Source: Eledone cirrhosa | Lineage: Eukaryota | Length of the DNA: 64,000 nucleotides | Assembly: GCA_964016885.1 (NCBI GenBank) | Contig: OZ024743.1 | Location: 284,456,001-284,520,000, forward strand | Direction of reading: 5' to 3' | In this document: positions 13,557 through 26,235 of the stretch, piece after piece | Layout of the letters: every line of letters begins with the position of its first letter | How positions within the stretch are numbered: the first letter of the stretch is position 1 | Translations under genes and position numbers: made by a program | The notes under the pieces: model-generated | The model's input: the letters and a program-made list of their open reading frames with translations, nothing else | Told to the model about the DNA's origin: nothing | Databases searched by the model: none

Positions 13557-14261
13557 ATATATATATATATATACAATGCTTTAATTGTATGCAACAGTTA
13601 TGAGAAGCATTAATATAACAAGATGATTATTGATTATTAATCTGGAAAAGAAAAGGCAGGCGAGAGGAAGAAGACAAAGATTATGAAAGAAATATAGAGA
13701 AGAATATATGGTTCCTGAATGTAAAGAAACAGACTGATTTAATAATTAATCTACATAGTTGCAAATATTGCACGCAAAGATGAAGACACACTAGCAACTA
13801 TCAATTAATTTATCTCCCTTTCTATTTTTCTCTGCTTTTATATTCCATTTTTGAAGTGTGAAGTAATTTAATCGTTGTCATGCCTCATAATATCTTATGA
13901 GAAAACAAAAGTGAAAGTATAATGTAAATCCACAGCCTCATTTTTCTCTACCCCCACCCAATCAGCCCTAGTTTGTTATCTAGCTGAATAAATAATTAAA
14001 ATTCAGGAAGATGAAAAAATCCAGGTTAAAATAATATTACTAGTAACTTTGCCAAACTATAAATTTATCTCTGAAACATCTGCTTGACTTAAGTAAAGGC
14101 ACTTTCCATAATTGATATCTGTGTGCATGGGTGAAAGTAAATGTACACACAATCACGCATACTTTTGAAAAGGAATATTCTCCTGAAATATATCAAGGAC
14201 CAATTAAATATTTCCATGGAAACATTCAAACAATTTTGTAATCATTATTCTGTGGAAGATC

Positions 14262-14618
14262 AGTGGATTGGCAGTATCGGTAGAGGGTCGGACGCCATGC
14301 TTTCCAGCAGAGTTACGTCCCTTTACGATCTGAATTCAAATCCCGCCGAGGTTGACTTTGCCTTTCATCCTTACGGGGTCGATAAAATAAAGTACCAGTA
14401 ATGCACTGGGTAATTGCTGGCCTTGTGCCTAAAGTAGAAACAATTACTCTGTGGAGGATCGGACGCCATGCTTCCCAGCATAGTTACGTCCCTTTACGGT
14501 CTGAGTTCAAATCCCGTTGAGGTTAACTTTACCTTTCATCATTACAGGGTCGATAAAATAAAGTACCAGTAATGCACTGGATAATTGCTGGCCTTGTGCC
14601 AAAAGTAGAAATAATTAT
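14262..14618 (+). mobile_element. Tandem pair of SINE family 2 (second copy 5'-truncated)
   Basis: Two consecutive units, 14262-14447 and ~14458-14618. Confidence 0.85.
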
Positions 14619-14702
14619 TCCTAATATTTAATGTACCGTTTGCATCTAAATTACCGTTTTCAACACTTTACACAATGCTTCAACCTAACTCCAATACCCT
14701 TC

Positions 14703-14736
<34 letters not shown>

Positions 14737-14742
<6 letters not shown>

Positions 14743-15025
14743 GAAAAATCAGTGATGCATCTGAACTCAATTTATTGTGTGTTACAATTGTTTCGCCGGC
14801 AGACAGCTTGAGACACGATCATTGTGTGGATCTGTCTGATTCTGGATTTGCAGGTTCGAGGGACACTTCTAATGATTTCAGAGCAAATTCTTTCACTGTG
14901 AAACAATAAATTGAGTTCAGATGCATCACTGATTTTTTGTTTTATATCATATCATACTCTGCTCTGTAAGAACATAGAGTGCTCAACTGGCATACCGCCT
15001 ATGGAAGCATCTTAGCTACCATCAG
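14737..15025. mobile_element. Short fold-back pLTR-like element with half a hammerhead
   Basis: 35-bp inverted repeat 14744-14778 / 14903-14937; minus strand GAAAC-AATT-GTA at ~14784-14796; tail motif actctgctctgtaa shared with the 9.4-kb element. Confidence 0.6.
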
Positions 15026-15048
15026 ACACACACACACACATATATATA

Positions 15049-15386
15049 TCATCATCATTTCATTTTACGTCCGCTTTTTCCCTGCTTGCAAGAGTGGGAC
15101 AGGAACTGATGCTGGCTTGATTTCTACAGCTGGATGCCCTTCCTAACACCAACTTCATTTACAGTGAGTGCTGGGTGCTTTTTTGCCGTGGCACCTCCAC
15201 GACCACATTGCAGTGGAATGATATGGACTCCAGTCCCTATCATCTTATTTCTACAGCTGAGTAAACTGGAGCAATGTGAAATAAAGTGTCTTGCTCAAGG
15301 AAACAACACATCACCTGGTCTGAGAATTGAACTCACAACCTTTCGATTGCAAGGCCAATGCTCTAACCACTAAGCCATGTGCCTCC
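15049..15386 (-). mobile_element. SINE family 1 (tail type B)
   Basis: Reverse complement of the family 1 consensus, ending in CAGGGAAAAAGCGGACGTAAAATG..(GAT)n. Confidence 0.9.
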
Positions 15387-15447
15387 ATATATATATAAAA
15401 ACGATTAAGTTTCATTTACATGTATTTAGGTTTTTATTGTGTATTGA

Positions 15448-15537
15448 CCTGTTACGTGCATTTCGCAGAGAATTGGCTCAGGGTTACTCATAGAAGTTAT
15501 GGACCCAACTCCATTATTTATCTGCTCTTCAGACTGG
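15448..15537 (-). ncRNA. Type I hammerhead motif with 61-nt extended stem II
   Basis: ccagt CTGAAGA gcaga ... tctgc GAAAT gcac GTA acagg; homologous to 26035-26124. Confidence 0.65.
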
Positions 15538-15567
15538 CAATCCAACAATATATATATATATATATAT

Positions 15568-15913
15568 GGAGGCACCTGGCTTAGTGGTTAGAGCATTGGC
15601 CTTGCAATCGAAAGGTTGTGAGTTCAATTCTCAGACCGGGTGATGTGTTGTTTCCTTGAGCAAGACACTTTATTTCACATTGCTCCAGTTTACTCAGCTG
15701 TAGAAATGAGATGATAGGGACTGGGGTCCCTATCATTCCACTGCAAAGTGGTTGTGGAGGTGCCACGGCAAAAAAGCACCCAGCACTCACTGTAAATGAG
15801 GTTGGTGTTAGGAAGGGCATTCAGCTGTAGAAATCAAGCCAGAATCAGTTCCCGTCCTACCCTTGCAAGCAGGGAAAAGCGGACATAAAATGATCATGAT
15901 GATGATGATGATG
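15568..15913 (+). mobile_element. SINE family 1 (tail type B)
   Basis: Full head, core and (GAT)n tail. Confidence 0.9.
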
Positions 15914-17302
15914 TAAGAAAATGTGTGTATATAAAATGGACGTTTGTTGGTTTTTGTTCAATCAATTGTGTACTCTACTATGCAAGTAATTGAATATTCC
16001 ACAGAAGAGTATATCCTTAACATAATTCTAAAAGAGATTCAGTGTGACACCGTGTAAAAATGCTGGGATTACAGTTTATCTGGCAAGCTTCCAACTAGTT
16101 TCCATCAACACAATTTCACTCACAACATGTGGGTTGATCTGAGGCTATAGAAAAAGACATATAGAGTGCAACACAGTAGTACCAAACAAAATGAACTTCT
16201 TAAACATTTGGCCATATTACATCCACACATGTATTCACATATTCATAATATTTACTATGGCATTTTCCATGCTTGCATGTATTAGATAAAACTTTTTGCG
16301 GTGTTTTCTACATTTGGATCTCCTTCCTAATCCCAACCCATACCGTATATTAATTATGGTATATATACTGCTGATGTTTGCAAACCACAACACTGCAGGA
16401 CATTCTGTTTACAGGGAACATAAATATCACAACTGGCTTTTATAAACAATGTTTATATAATATTTGCGGTTATTAGCATACTCATGTGTGTGTGTGTGTG
16501 TGATCATTCAGACTTTTCAGTATTTTGGGTATTCAAAATATTTTCTAGTTTCACAAATAACAATTCCAGTTTCTCAAAACCATTGTTTGGATGATTGATT
16601 TTATAAAGATACAGAAAAATAAAAAGCACAGAATCTTAAAGTTAACAGAGTTAGCATATGGACCATTTTAGTAGCATTAGAAGAAGTAGGGAAATGATAC
16701 ATATCCACACAATGTTAATGAATGCAGTAATGGCTTTGACTTGTGTATTGTTTATTAGCAGTAAAAGTAGTTTTATTACTTTTAAACTGTATTTTGTCCA
16801 TTTTATATTTTATTGCTGTTTACTAGAATAATTTGTCAAGTCTTGATCACAAAATGTTAGGAGAATCCTTATTTGTAGAAAATACAAAAATATGACAGAA
16901 AATTCAAAGGTTTCATGCATACATAAAAGTGAAAATGACAAGGTTGACATTAATGCAGAGGTGTGTATACAGTGTTATATTAGGATATTGTAAACTTGAT
17001 GAAAATTAAGTAGTTTAGCAATGGTCTTCTACTAAAATCTTATATGTGAAATTTGTGTGTGACAGATCCTTGGATTAGCCATCACACAATGATATAAGTG
17101 TATGAATTGCTGTTCTCATGAGAAGAAAAAGAATCAGCATTTAGAGTGAAAATACCTTATGGTATTTCAATCCATATTAGTTGCTTCTATTATGCCCGGT
17201 CAACTTCACATTTTGCCCTCGACTGAGGTTGATAAAATAAAACCTATGATGGCATACCTCAATATAGATTTTAGCTGATTATATTCATCCCAGGACTTTG
17301 GA

Positions 17303-17340
<38 letters not shown>

Positions 17341-18399
17341 TAAATGAAAGATTCAAGGTATTCATTGAATGTACTCAGAAAGTTTACTTGTTTTACAACT
17401 ACAGTTTCACAGGCTAGAACTAGAATGTGTATCATAATTAAGGAAAGGTTAAGATAGTGCCTCTCTCATATGATAAATTGAAAAGAGAAATGTAATAGCT
17501 TTGTAGCTGTTAAAAAAGAAGTGGATTAAGTTATCTAAACTGCACTCAGTAGCTCCCTAGAGTGGCTTTGAAAACATAAAACAGCATTTCTTAGATATTT
17601 TTGAATGAATCAATCTTTGGTTTCAGTAACAGTATTTTTAGCATGGTTGTATGACTTGACATAATCAATGCACCCATAGAACGTGACTTATAGGTTAAAA
17701 TTTGACAGTTATTTTCAGCAATAGCAAATATGCATACAAGAGTAAACTGTTTGATATAAGTCTAAAGAAAAAAAAAATTCTTGGAAGGGATGTAATTAGA
17801 AGTACCCGAAAATAAATTCAATGATGACTGAAGCATAAGGAAAATGGTATTTTTGAGAAAGCTAACAGAAGAAAAGCAAGAAACTATAGTGTTTTTAATG
17901 TTAAGTGATCTTATAAATGATAAAAATCAGCAGTATTAGATAAGTAACAAATGATCAAAAAGTGTTATAGTTATCACACATTCTGAACGCAATAGTGTTT
18001 TGTTGTAAACTTATGGATGTTTAGAAAGAGGTCAATGTACAATACATGTTTTGGTAGTTTTGATGGGTGTCTAGATTAGAAGGCAACACAAGCATAACAT
18101 ATGCATTAGACACATGCATGCCAACATGTTCCCAAGAGATCACATGTTCTCAAGAGAATCATACTGTTTGTTGTAGGTAGTAAATGTATAAAAGGGAAGA
18201 GCCAATCTCTAGTTCAAGACTCAGCAGATATGCATGTCTGTGTTGGAAAGTAATGTATACATAAAATATACATATATACATGCATGCCAGTATATATTAA
18301 TGGAAACATTTTTACATGTATACATATATTGATATTTCAATATATGTGAGCAGTTTACAGGATTAATATAGCTTTGATTCTTAAGTGAATCTAATAACA

Positions 18400-19340
18400 A
18401 CTATTGTGTTTATCTGCAATGTTAGTTTCAAAGACACAGGCTAGTAACAGGTGAAACTTCCAATGAGATTTGCTGCCCTCAGCATCCACTCAATAGCCAG
18501 CCTGGCACTACCAGTCTATCTTTCCTGTACTGGCTCCAGCCGCACCCTCCTGTCCATGAGATTCCTTTCAAAACATCAGAAACTAATGTGGACTGGAAGC
18601 TCAAGTCAGCCCTGGCCATCTGCCTTGATGGTGGCCTCTGTCCTTTAATATGCAGGATATCAATTCGTCTGGAATGACAAGTTCAGTTGAACATGCACAA
18701 AGAGCAAGTCTTCCCTAAATCAACATCTCATTTGCCCTTAGTCTGCCCTGCAGTCAAACAGTAGTGTATCACTCAATTAGGTGGCTTCTTCATCAGCTGG
18801 TACCCTTCTTGATGATGGGCAAAGCCATTTCAGAATAGCCCTACACCTTTGTCACTGAATGTGAACCACACAAATACCATTGTGGAACCACTGTTGACAA
18901 GTTTGGACTACATTCTCTCTATTGTTGCCACACTGCAAGCTGGTTCCCTCAGTATGCTGCTTTGAATGATGTCATCAGAAGGAGCCTTGAGACAGCTAGT
19001 TTCCCACTACCATTGGTGTCGGTCACTTTCAACTCTGGTGAGAATATAAGTGCTTAGATAGCATAACTCTTTTCCTATTTGTGTGAGGTAAATCATTCAT
19101 CTGAGACATCACATTTTGCAGCATATTCTCAAGTACTAACCTCTCACTTTAGCTACAAACCTGTTCATGAATACCCATAATGCCAAGCTTTAACTGACTG
19201 TTTATTTTTGTGCCTCTGCAAAATTGTGAGGATGACATCGCACCTGAGAATGGAGCCCTGTGAGTTGTAATAGCTGATGCAGTAGGTTCACTGGTGGTCC
19301 TCAGCGGCAATGATTTTGCTACCTTGTCTCTGGAGCATAG
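18400..19340 (+). mobile_element. Degraded CRE-clade non-LTR retrotransposon (RT C-terminus, zinc knuckle, restriction-like endonuclease)
   Basis: QVKLPMRFAALSI..LALPVYLS; GTLLDD; CEPHKYHCGTTVDKFGLHSLYC; ALNDVIRRSLETASFP; KCLDSITLF..GKSFI*DIT; SLVVLSGNDF. These match the QAxLPxRxGGLG / CxxH..C / LNDIIxRAL / KRPDG..WDxT / QRGN motifs; many stops and frameshifts. Confidence 0.8.
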
Positions 19341-19539
19341 CTAAGATGTACCAGTCAGCAATAGGGTATTTATCTATATTTCTCCCACTACCATTTTTTT
19401 TAAATTTTATTGTTTGCAAATATATACAACTGAAAATGGAATTTTGAGACAATAACATTTTTGCTCTTTAAAATCAAAAAAATGTTGAAGGAGCAGGAGG
19501 CAGTTGACATGATCTTGTATCAGTACTGACGGTAATATA

Positions 19540-19875
19540 TGTATGTGTGTGTGTGAGTGGCGTGCGTGTGTTTGTATGCATGAGTGTTGGTGTGTGAGTG
19601 AGTGTGTGTGTGTGCTGTGAGTGAGTGTGTGGGTGTGCTGTGAGTGAGTGTGTGTGCTGTGAGTGAGTGTGTGTGTGTGCTGTGAGTGAGTGTGTGTGTG
19701 TGCTGTGAGTGAGTGTGTGTGTGTGCTGTGAGTGAGTGTGTGTGTGTGCTGTGAGTGAGTGTGTGGGTGTGCTGTGAGTGAGTGTGTGTGTGTGTGCTGT
19801 GAGTGAGTGTGTGTATGTGCTGTGAGTGAGTGTGTGTGTGTGCTGTGAGTGAGTGTGTGTGTGTGCTGTGAGTGT
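19540..19875. repeat. GT-rich minisatellite, unit ~GTGAGTGA(GT)nGCT
   Basis: Direct reading, about 13 variable-length units. Confidence 0.95.
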
Positions 19876-19914
19876 CAATAAGTGGTGTTTTTTTTTTTTG
19901 TTATGACCATGCTG

Positions 19915-21837
19915 TAAAATGGAGGGTAGTGAGGGCCCATGAGTCCAGTAAGACATCCTCTCTAGTGCTGGTGGCACGAATAAAAGCACCCAGTCCATGC
20001 TGTAAAGTGGCACTGGTGTTAGGAAGGGCATCCAACCAGTGTATCAATGCCAAAACAATTATGAACACAGCAACAAATATATAGGAACAAAAATATGAAA
20101 ACGTTGCATCTCAGAGTTGCAACACTTAATGTTGGCACTCTCACAGGTAGATCTGGTGAAATAGCGGAGATGCTGGAGAGAAGGCATGTGGATGTGTGCT
20201 GCGTGTAAGAGGTGAGATGGAGAGGTGCCTCTGCGAGACTAATCGCAGGCAAAGATCTTAGTTATAAGCTTTTCTAGGTAGGTAAGGATGATGGGTTAGG
20301 GGGAGTAGGCATTTTCCTGGCTGAGAGATGGATCAATAAGACAATAGAGGTAGTTCGAGTTAATAATCGAATAATTAAGCTTAGATTAGTTGTAGGCAGG
20401 AGACTACTGACAATCATCTCTGCCTCTGCACCCCAAGCAGGCCTAGGTAAAGAAGAGAAAGACTGCTTTTACGAGCAACTTTTACAAACAGCCACAATGA
20501 CAGAGGACAGAGACATCGTTATGCTAGCAGGGGACTTCAATGGTCATGTTGGACAGCTCCAGGATGGTTACACTGGAGTACATGGTGGGCACGGTTACGG
20601 ATCAAGAAATGAAGAAGGAGTGAGACTACTTGAATTTTGTGATGCAAGTACACTGACTATTTGCAACACTTACTTCCAGAAACCTACTAACCACATAATA
20701 ACCTACAAATCTGGCGAGCACATAAGCCAGATTGACTTCTTACTAGTTAGGCAGTGGGACAGGCAGATGGTGTCAAATACCAAGGCATACCCTGGGGAAG
20801 AATGTACCCCACAGCATAGGTTAGTCGTTAGTGATATCTCAGTAAGCAAGAGATGGAATGAAACATAAAGGAAGGTGTGGAGAATAAAGGTCTGGAAGCT
20901 AAAAGACCTTTCACTAAAATATAAATTTAGGAAAGCCCGTCAAGATGTGTATGACGAAAAAAGACGATTTAGAGACGTATGACATAGATAATAACTGGAA
21001 TTTCTTACGTGACAACTTGCTGCAGGCTACTGAAGAACTTGTGGCTGGAGCAGAGCTCCAACCAGACAGAGAATGACCTGGTGGTGGAACAGCACAGTAG
21101 ATAAGGCTATTAGAGACAAAAGACTAGCATGGAAGGCTTGGAATAAGGGTGGGAGTAGGGAAGGATGTACAGTCGCTAAGAGAGAAGCTAGACGTCAGGT
21201 GTACTTAGCACGCAGGGAGGCTGAGAATAGGAGGTTTGCCAATGTTCTGCGACGGGAAGATCAGAGGCATGCAGTGTTCCACATTGCAAGGCAGTGTGTC
21301 AATGCAAATCAGGATGTTGTTGGAGATAAATGTCTCCGGAGTGATGCCAGTTTACTTAGTGTCACGAATGATCAGAAAAAGGAGGCCTGGAAATGTCATT
21401 ATGAGAGACTGATGAATGTGGAGAACGAATGGGAGAGAGAGAAATTACCCTCAGTAGATCCGACAGAGGGACCAGCTATTGAGATTGACGAATATAGGGT
21501 CCAAGAGGCGATTAAGGAAATGAAAAATGGTAAGGCTGCTGGACCATCGGGGATAGTTGCTGAGATGCTGAAGGCATCAGGGGACGTAGGCACTAAACTG
21601 GTTGCACACATCATCAATCAGGCTATATATGGTGGTGTCATACCCAAAGACTGGTGCAGCAGTATTCTCATAAATGGCTACAAAGGTAAAGGGGATGCTC
21701 TGGAGAGGAGCAATTATAGAGGTATAAAACTGATGGATCAGGTTATGAAAGTGGCAGAAAGGATATTAGCACAACTAAAGGGAAAAGCGGAAAGGAGGGA
21801 AAAGCGGACGTAAAATGATGATGATGATGATGATGAA
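19915..21837 (+). mobile_element. RTE LINE subfamily C: putative 5'UTR, APE endonuclease and start of RT, fused to a 3' tail
   Basis: LRVATLNVGTL, GDFNGHVG, SQIDFLL, QHRLVVSD, WWWN, GKAAGP, YKGKGD..NYRGIKL; in-frame stops; jumps at ~21780 to AGGGAAAAGCGGACGTAAAA(TGA)n. Confidence 0.9.
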
Positions 21838-22489
21838 GAATGTATATGAGACAACATTGTAATATTTGTAGATGGGCCTTTCACAAGCTTTCAGGACGCA
21901 AAAGCCATTTGAGATCTCATGCCAGGAAGGAACAGACATAAAGTGCAAGAAGTGGTTAAGATTTGTATGGAGTAGACAGCTTGCGTGTGCATGCGCATGC
22001 ACTGAAGTCTGTGTTTGTCTCTGCATTTGTCTTCACTTTGGATTGGCTGACATTTGTTTATATCCTGTAGCCTTTTAAAATGATTATGTTAATGATATGC
22101 ATATATGTTTGAATATGTGTTTATATGATGATAATATGTGTGTGTATACATGTGTTTGTATATATTTATATTTCTACATATATAAGCTCTATCTAGGTGT
22201 TAATGTGTCAGTGCATAAAAGTCTTTGGCAAACCTGTCCAATTCTCACAAGCTTCCTCTAGAGCCTGTTGCTCCCACACATAAATTCTCTTCTGCTTTTT
22301 AACATTTTATTTGTAAAAAGAAATTATATACTCTACTTATATAGGAATCAAGTGCTTCTTCTGTTAATGTTAGAATGTCTGTATGCATGAATATATAGCA
22401 AGTGTGCTGCCATCGAAAATGATTAACTGAAATTTATTTTATACAATTTAATTAAATATAACATAAATATGTAGAATAAGATATCAGAC

Positions 22490-22655
22490 AACTTAATCAA
22501 GTGTACCCTCTTCCAAAATACGTGGAATAAGGTATGGGTCAATTTAATCAAGTGTACTCTCTTCCAAAATGTGGAATGAGGTATGAGTTAATTTAATCAA
22601 GTGTACCCTCTTCCAAAATATGTGGCCTTGTGACAATGCTAAAAATCAATATTAT
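22490..22655 (+). repeat. Three tandem ~50-bp copies of a SINE family 2-like 3' segment
   Basis: ttaatcaagtgtac(c/t)ctcttccaaaat x3; last copy continues ggccttgtg..aatcaatatt like the family 2 end. Confidence 0.7.
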
Positions 22656-25600
22656 GTGTCAAGTTTCCAGGTGTGTCTGACTTAATTTATTCACCTTAAT
22701 TTATTCAACATGTATCAGATGTCCAAAGAAGATTACAAAAAAAAAAAAAATAATGGTAATTTACCTAGCAGTAAATTCTTCAGTCAGTGTCTTTATGAGT
22801 CATTCTTAAGTTTCCAGGGACCTTTATGATATAAAGGACCTATATTCTAAATCATGAAGTGGGCGAGAACCAAACTAAGTACCATATTCTTCTGTAATAC
22901 TGCACAGTTTGTTTCACATTTTTCCTTGTTTGTTTTGGGGGATGCAAGATATACACCATAACTAAATGTTATACACCAAAACCAGGCTTTTCCAGACATT
23001 TTTCTGGTAGAAAAGAGATGTACATTATACATGAATACATACAATGCAAGGAAGAACACGTTACTTTTTATTCCTTTAACTTTCAAGTCCAAATTCTACC
23101 AATGAACATTCTATCCCCCACTTAGAGATGTTGTTTCATCCCAGTCTTGTCCTGATAAAGAACTCATATGAGTGAAAGCCTTTTACCAGTAAACTTCTTG
23201 TTTGTTTATTATCAGACAAGTGTATCTAAAACTTCTTATCAAACATGGCCTTCCTTTGTGATAAGAAACTCTCATGAGAGCTGGACAGTAGAAAGTCTTC
23301 AGAGAAGACCTGCCCCCACCTGCCTCAAGCAAGTGTCTCAGTCCCCTTCCTTTTGGTAAATTAAGTGTTACACTAGATTGATTTAATTAACTATAGCCTG
23401 TGTTTAATTAAGAAATCAATGTCTATAATAAAATCAGATTAAACATGTATTACACATGTGTACGAAATTTAATATTTTTTATAACAATATCTTTTAAGAT
23501 TAACTAAACTTACAAAATATTTTAAGATTAACAAACTAAAGTTATAAAATAATAAGCAATAGTTTGAAATTTGGTAGAAATAACATTAGCAAAATGTTGT
23601 TAAAACGGAATAGGAAAAGGAAACTAGGAAACTAAATAGTATTTATCTTCTTTGTTTTTCCTTCTTTTGTTCTTTAAAAATATGTAATAGTCAATGTAGA
23701 GTTTGGCAGGCTGTCAATAACCCATAGCAGGAGGAATGAATATATGCAGAGAAGCATGATATTCAGGGTGAAGACATTTTAGAAAAAGGTCATCATAGCA
23801 ACAGCCAAAGTAGATGTTACAAAACAGACAAAGTTTGAAGATATAAAAGTCAGCTTAAATAAAACACCCATTTCTTAGCTTTGAGAGGAGAATCCAAAAC
23901 TAATAGTTGCCAACATAAAAAGAATTGCCTAGGTTTCTACATTGGCAGAGATAAATGCAGATATCTGAACTACTTAAATGATGTACATGATGTCTGAAGA
24001 GTTTTCCTTTTCTTTTTGATATTGTTTTTCTTTATTGTTTATTTCATTTTTTCTTTCGACATTAAGTAGGTAGGTAGGAATACGAGAGTGCAAGACTAAA
24101 TATGTTCACGTACTCGAGTTCAGGTTTTCCCAACCTGGAGTGAATTTCACTTACTGAGGGAGTAAACTGACTGATTCTGGATTTGTACATATCTTTAATT
24201 ATAAAAAGTTGAGAAAATTTGAAGTAGGCTTATTTTGCTTACCAATAGTTTTCTTTCAGTCATTTTGGATTTTATGAATTGTCTAAGTCCCATTAATTCA
24301 TATATTGTCCTGGTACCAACATCTATTCATCATTAGTTGTTCATTAGTAAAATAATGTTTTGTGCTATTATTGATATTTAAGCTTAAAATTATAATGCTA
24401 AAAACAGTATTTCAAAATTTACCCTTTATCAGTCACTGTATTATAGTAGAGATGTAAACTCAAATTACTGAAGAAAACAAGTTTGAGGGTAAATTTACTT
24501 TCAAAAAGTTACCATGTGGTAAACAGTATGAAAATGGTAGGGAATCCATACTCTTGTTTGATAACTTAATGAATTTACTTTAAAATAATTCGAAAATAGG
24601 TACTTAGGTCACTTCACAGTTGAAGATTTTAGCTTTGTAAGTCACATCAAATTGTATTAAAAATTCTATTTCAAATAGCTCATTCAAACAATGTCTACAT
24701 CTTGTCACAACACATGATATATTGCTTTATACAATAAACAAATCAAGAAGAAAAAATACCTAATAAATACAATCTAGCCAATGAAAACTAAAGTATTGAT
24801 TTCTAACTTGGGTATGGTATGTATTTTTTTCACCACGAGCTACCCTGTGAAAGATGATAGTAAAAGCATGATGATATATGAAATCTGAAATGCAAATAAA
24901 TACCACCTGGAATTTCTTTCACACTTTAATAAGTGTGTTCACACTTTCTGCCAGCTATGGTCCATTAAAATCTTTTAAAAGATATTGAAATTAAAAGAGG
25001 ATGAAACTAAATGTATAAAATGTGCCAAAACCCATGATTGGGAACAGTCGACTTAAAACATAACTATTTAAAACAACAGCTAACTACTTTAAACAACAGC
25101 TAACTATTAAAAAAAACACAATCTCAGTCAAAAGTAGCTGTAGCATTTCTGAACATGTCAACTAATGAACCAAACATGTCAACTGAAACCAAACAATATA
25201 AGCAGAATTATATCCCTAAAAAATATATGATTTTTAAACTGACTCCTTCTTGTCTATTTTTATCTTTAACTCCCCTCTTAATATGTTACATCAGTCAATA
25301 TGCACAGTTCTTCCAATTGTAGAACTATAACACTTGAGAACTCCTCCAACCCTTTAATATTGTTGATATTGCTGTCTGTCTTTTACCCCTTTCAAAGATT
25401 CTGTACAAAAAATTATATGCATTATTTTTAATCAAGAGTTAAATTTGTTAATGAACTCAACTCCATTTTTGGTTATATTCCCTTATTTTGATCTAATCAT
25501 GTGTAATTCTTTTTTTAGATTAAATTCAAGAAAAGATGTCATCAACATCGGTTTAATTCTTTAATTTGAGAAATGACATGTACATGTCTTGAAAAGAATT

Positions 25601-25869
25601 CTCTAGTAATGTTGTAAAAATAAATGTAACAGGTCACTTAATATTTATTGTGGAACAATCTGAGGCATTAAATTAAAGAGAAAAATAATAAATATAGAAG
25701 TATAAAGAAATAACATCCTAACAATTTTGAAATATAATATTCCAAATGTGTATGAATGATTATATTTGTTTATATGTAGTGAACTGCTAGAGACTGTTCT
25801 ATTGGAACCATATTTGAGCAGAAGTATCTCAACATACACAATAAGACAAAGAATGTGACTATATTTATG

Positions 25870-25910
<41 letters not shown>

Positions 25911-26034
25911 TAGGTAGTACAGTGAAATATACACATACACCCACACACAAAAAAATAGGGCCAATGCCTATATATATATATATATAACTTTTCGGTCCAC
26001 ATACCACAACAAAAATATATCTTTTGTCGCATCA

Positions 26035-26124
26035 CTAGTCTGAGGAGCAGATTGAAACTGGAGTCAGGTCCATAACCCCTATGGGTCACCTTGAGCCAAT
26101 CCTCTACAAAATGCGTGTAACAGG
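26035..26124 (+). ncRNA. Decayed copy of the 15448-15537 hammerhead family
   Basis: ctagt CTGAGGA gcaga ... tctac AAAAT gcgt GTA acagg; the core differences fit CpG decay of CGAAACGCGCGTA. Confidence 0.55.
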
Positions 26125-26204
26125 TCGATATGCAATAAATATTTTTCATATGTAAACAAAACTTCCTCGTTTTTTTCTATTATATATACAATATATACAA
26201 TATA

Positions 26205-26235
26205 TACAATTGTTTCACCTTATTTGGATCATCAG
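26205..26235 (-). ncRNA. Minimal hammerhead core
   Basis: CTGATGA tcc-aaataa-ggt GAAAC aatt GTA; no stem I partner 3' of the cleavage triplet. Confidence 0.55.

Noticed and set aside
22490-22655. CRISPR-like repeat-spacer array
   Set aside because: The intervening sequences resemble each other, there are only three units, the context is eukaryotic and the end matches a SINE
22880-23025. Possible minus-strand exon after tctcttttctaccag (KMSGKAWFWCITF..)
   Set aside because: Good acceptor, but weak donor and no recognisable protein; cannot be supported without transcripts
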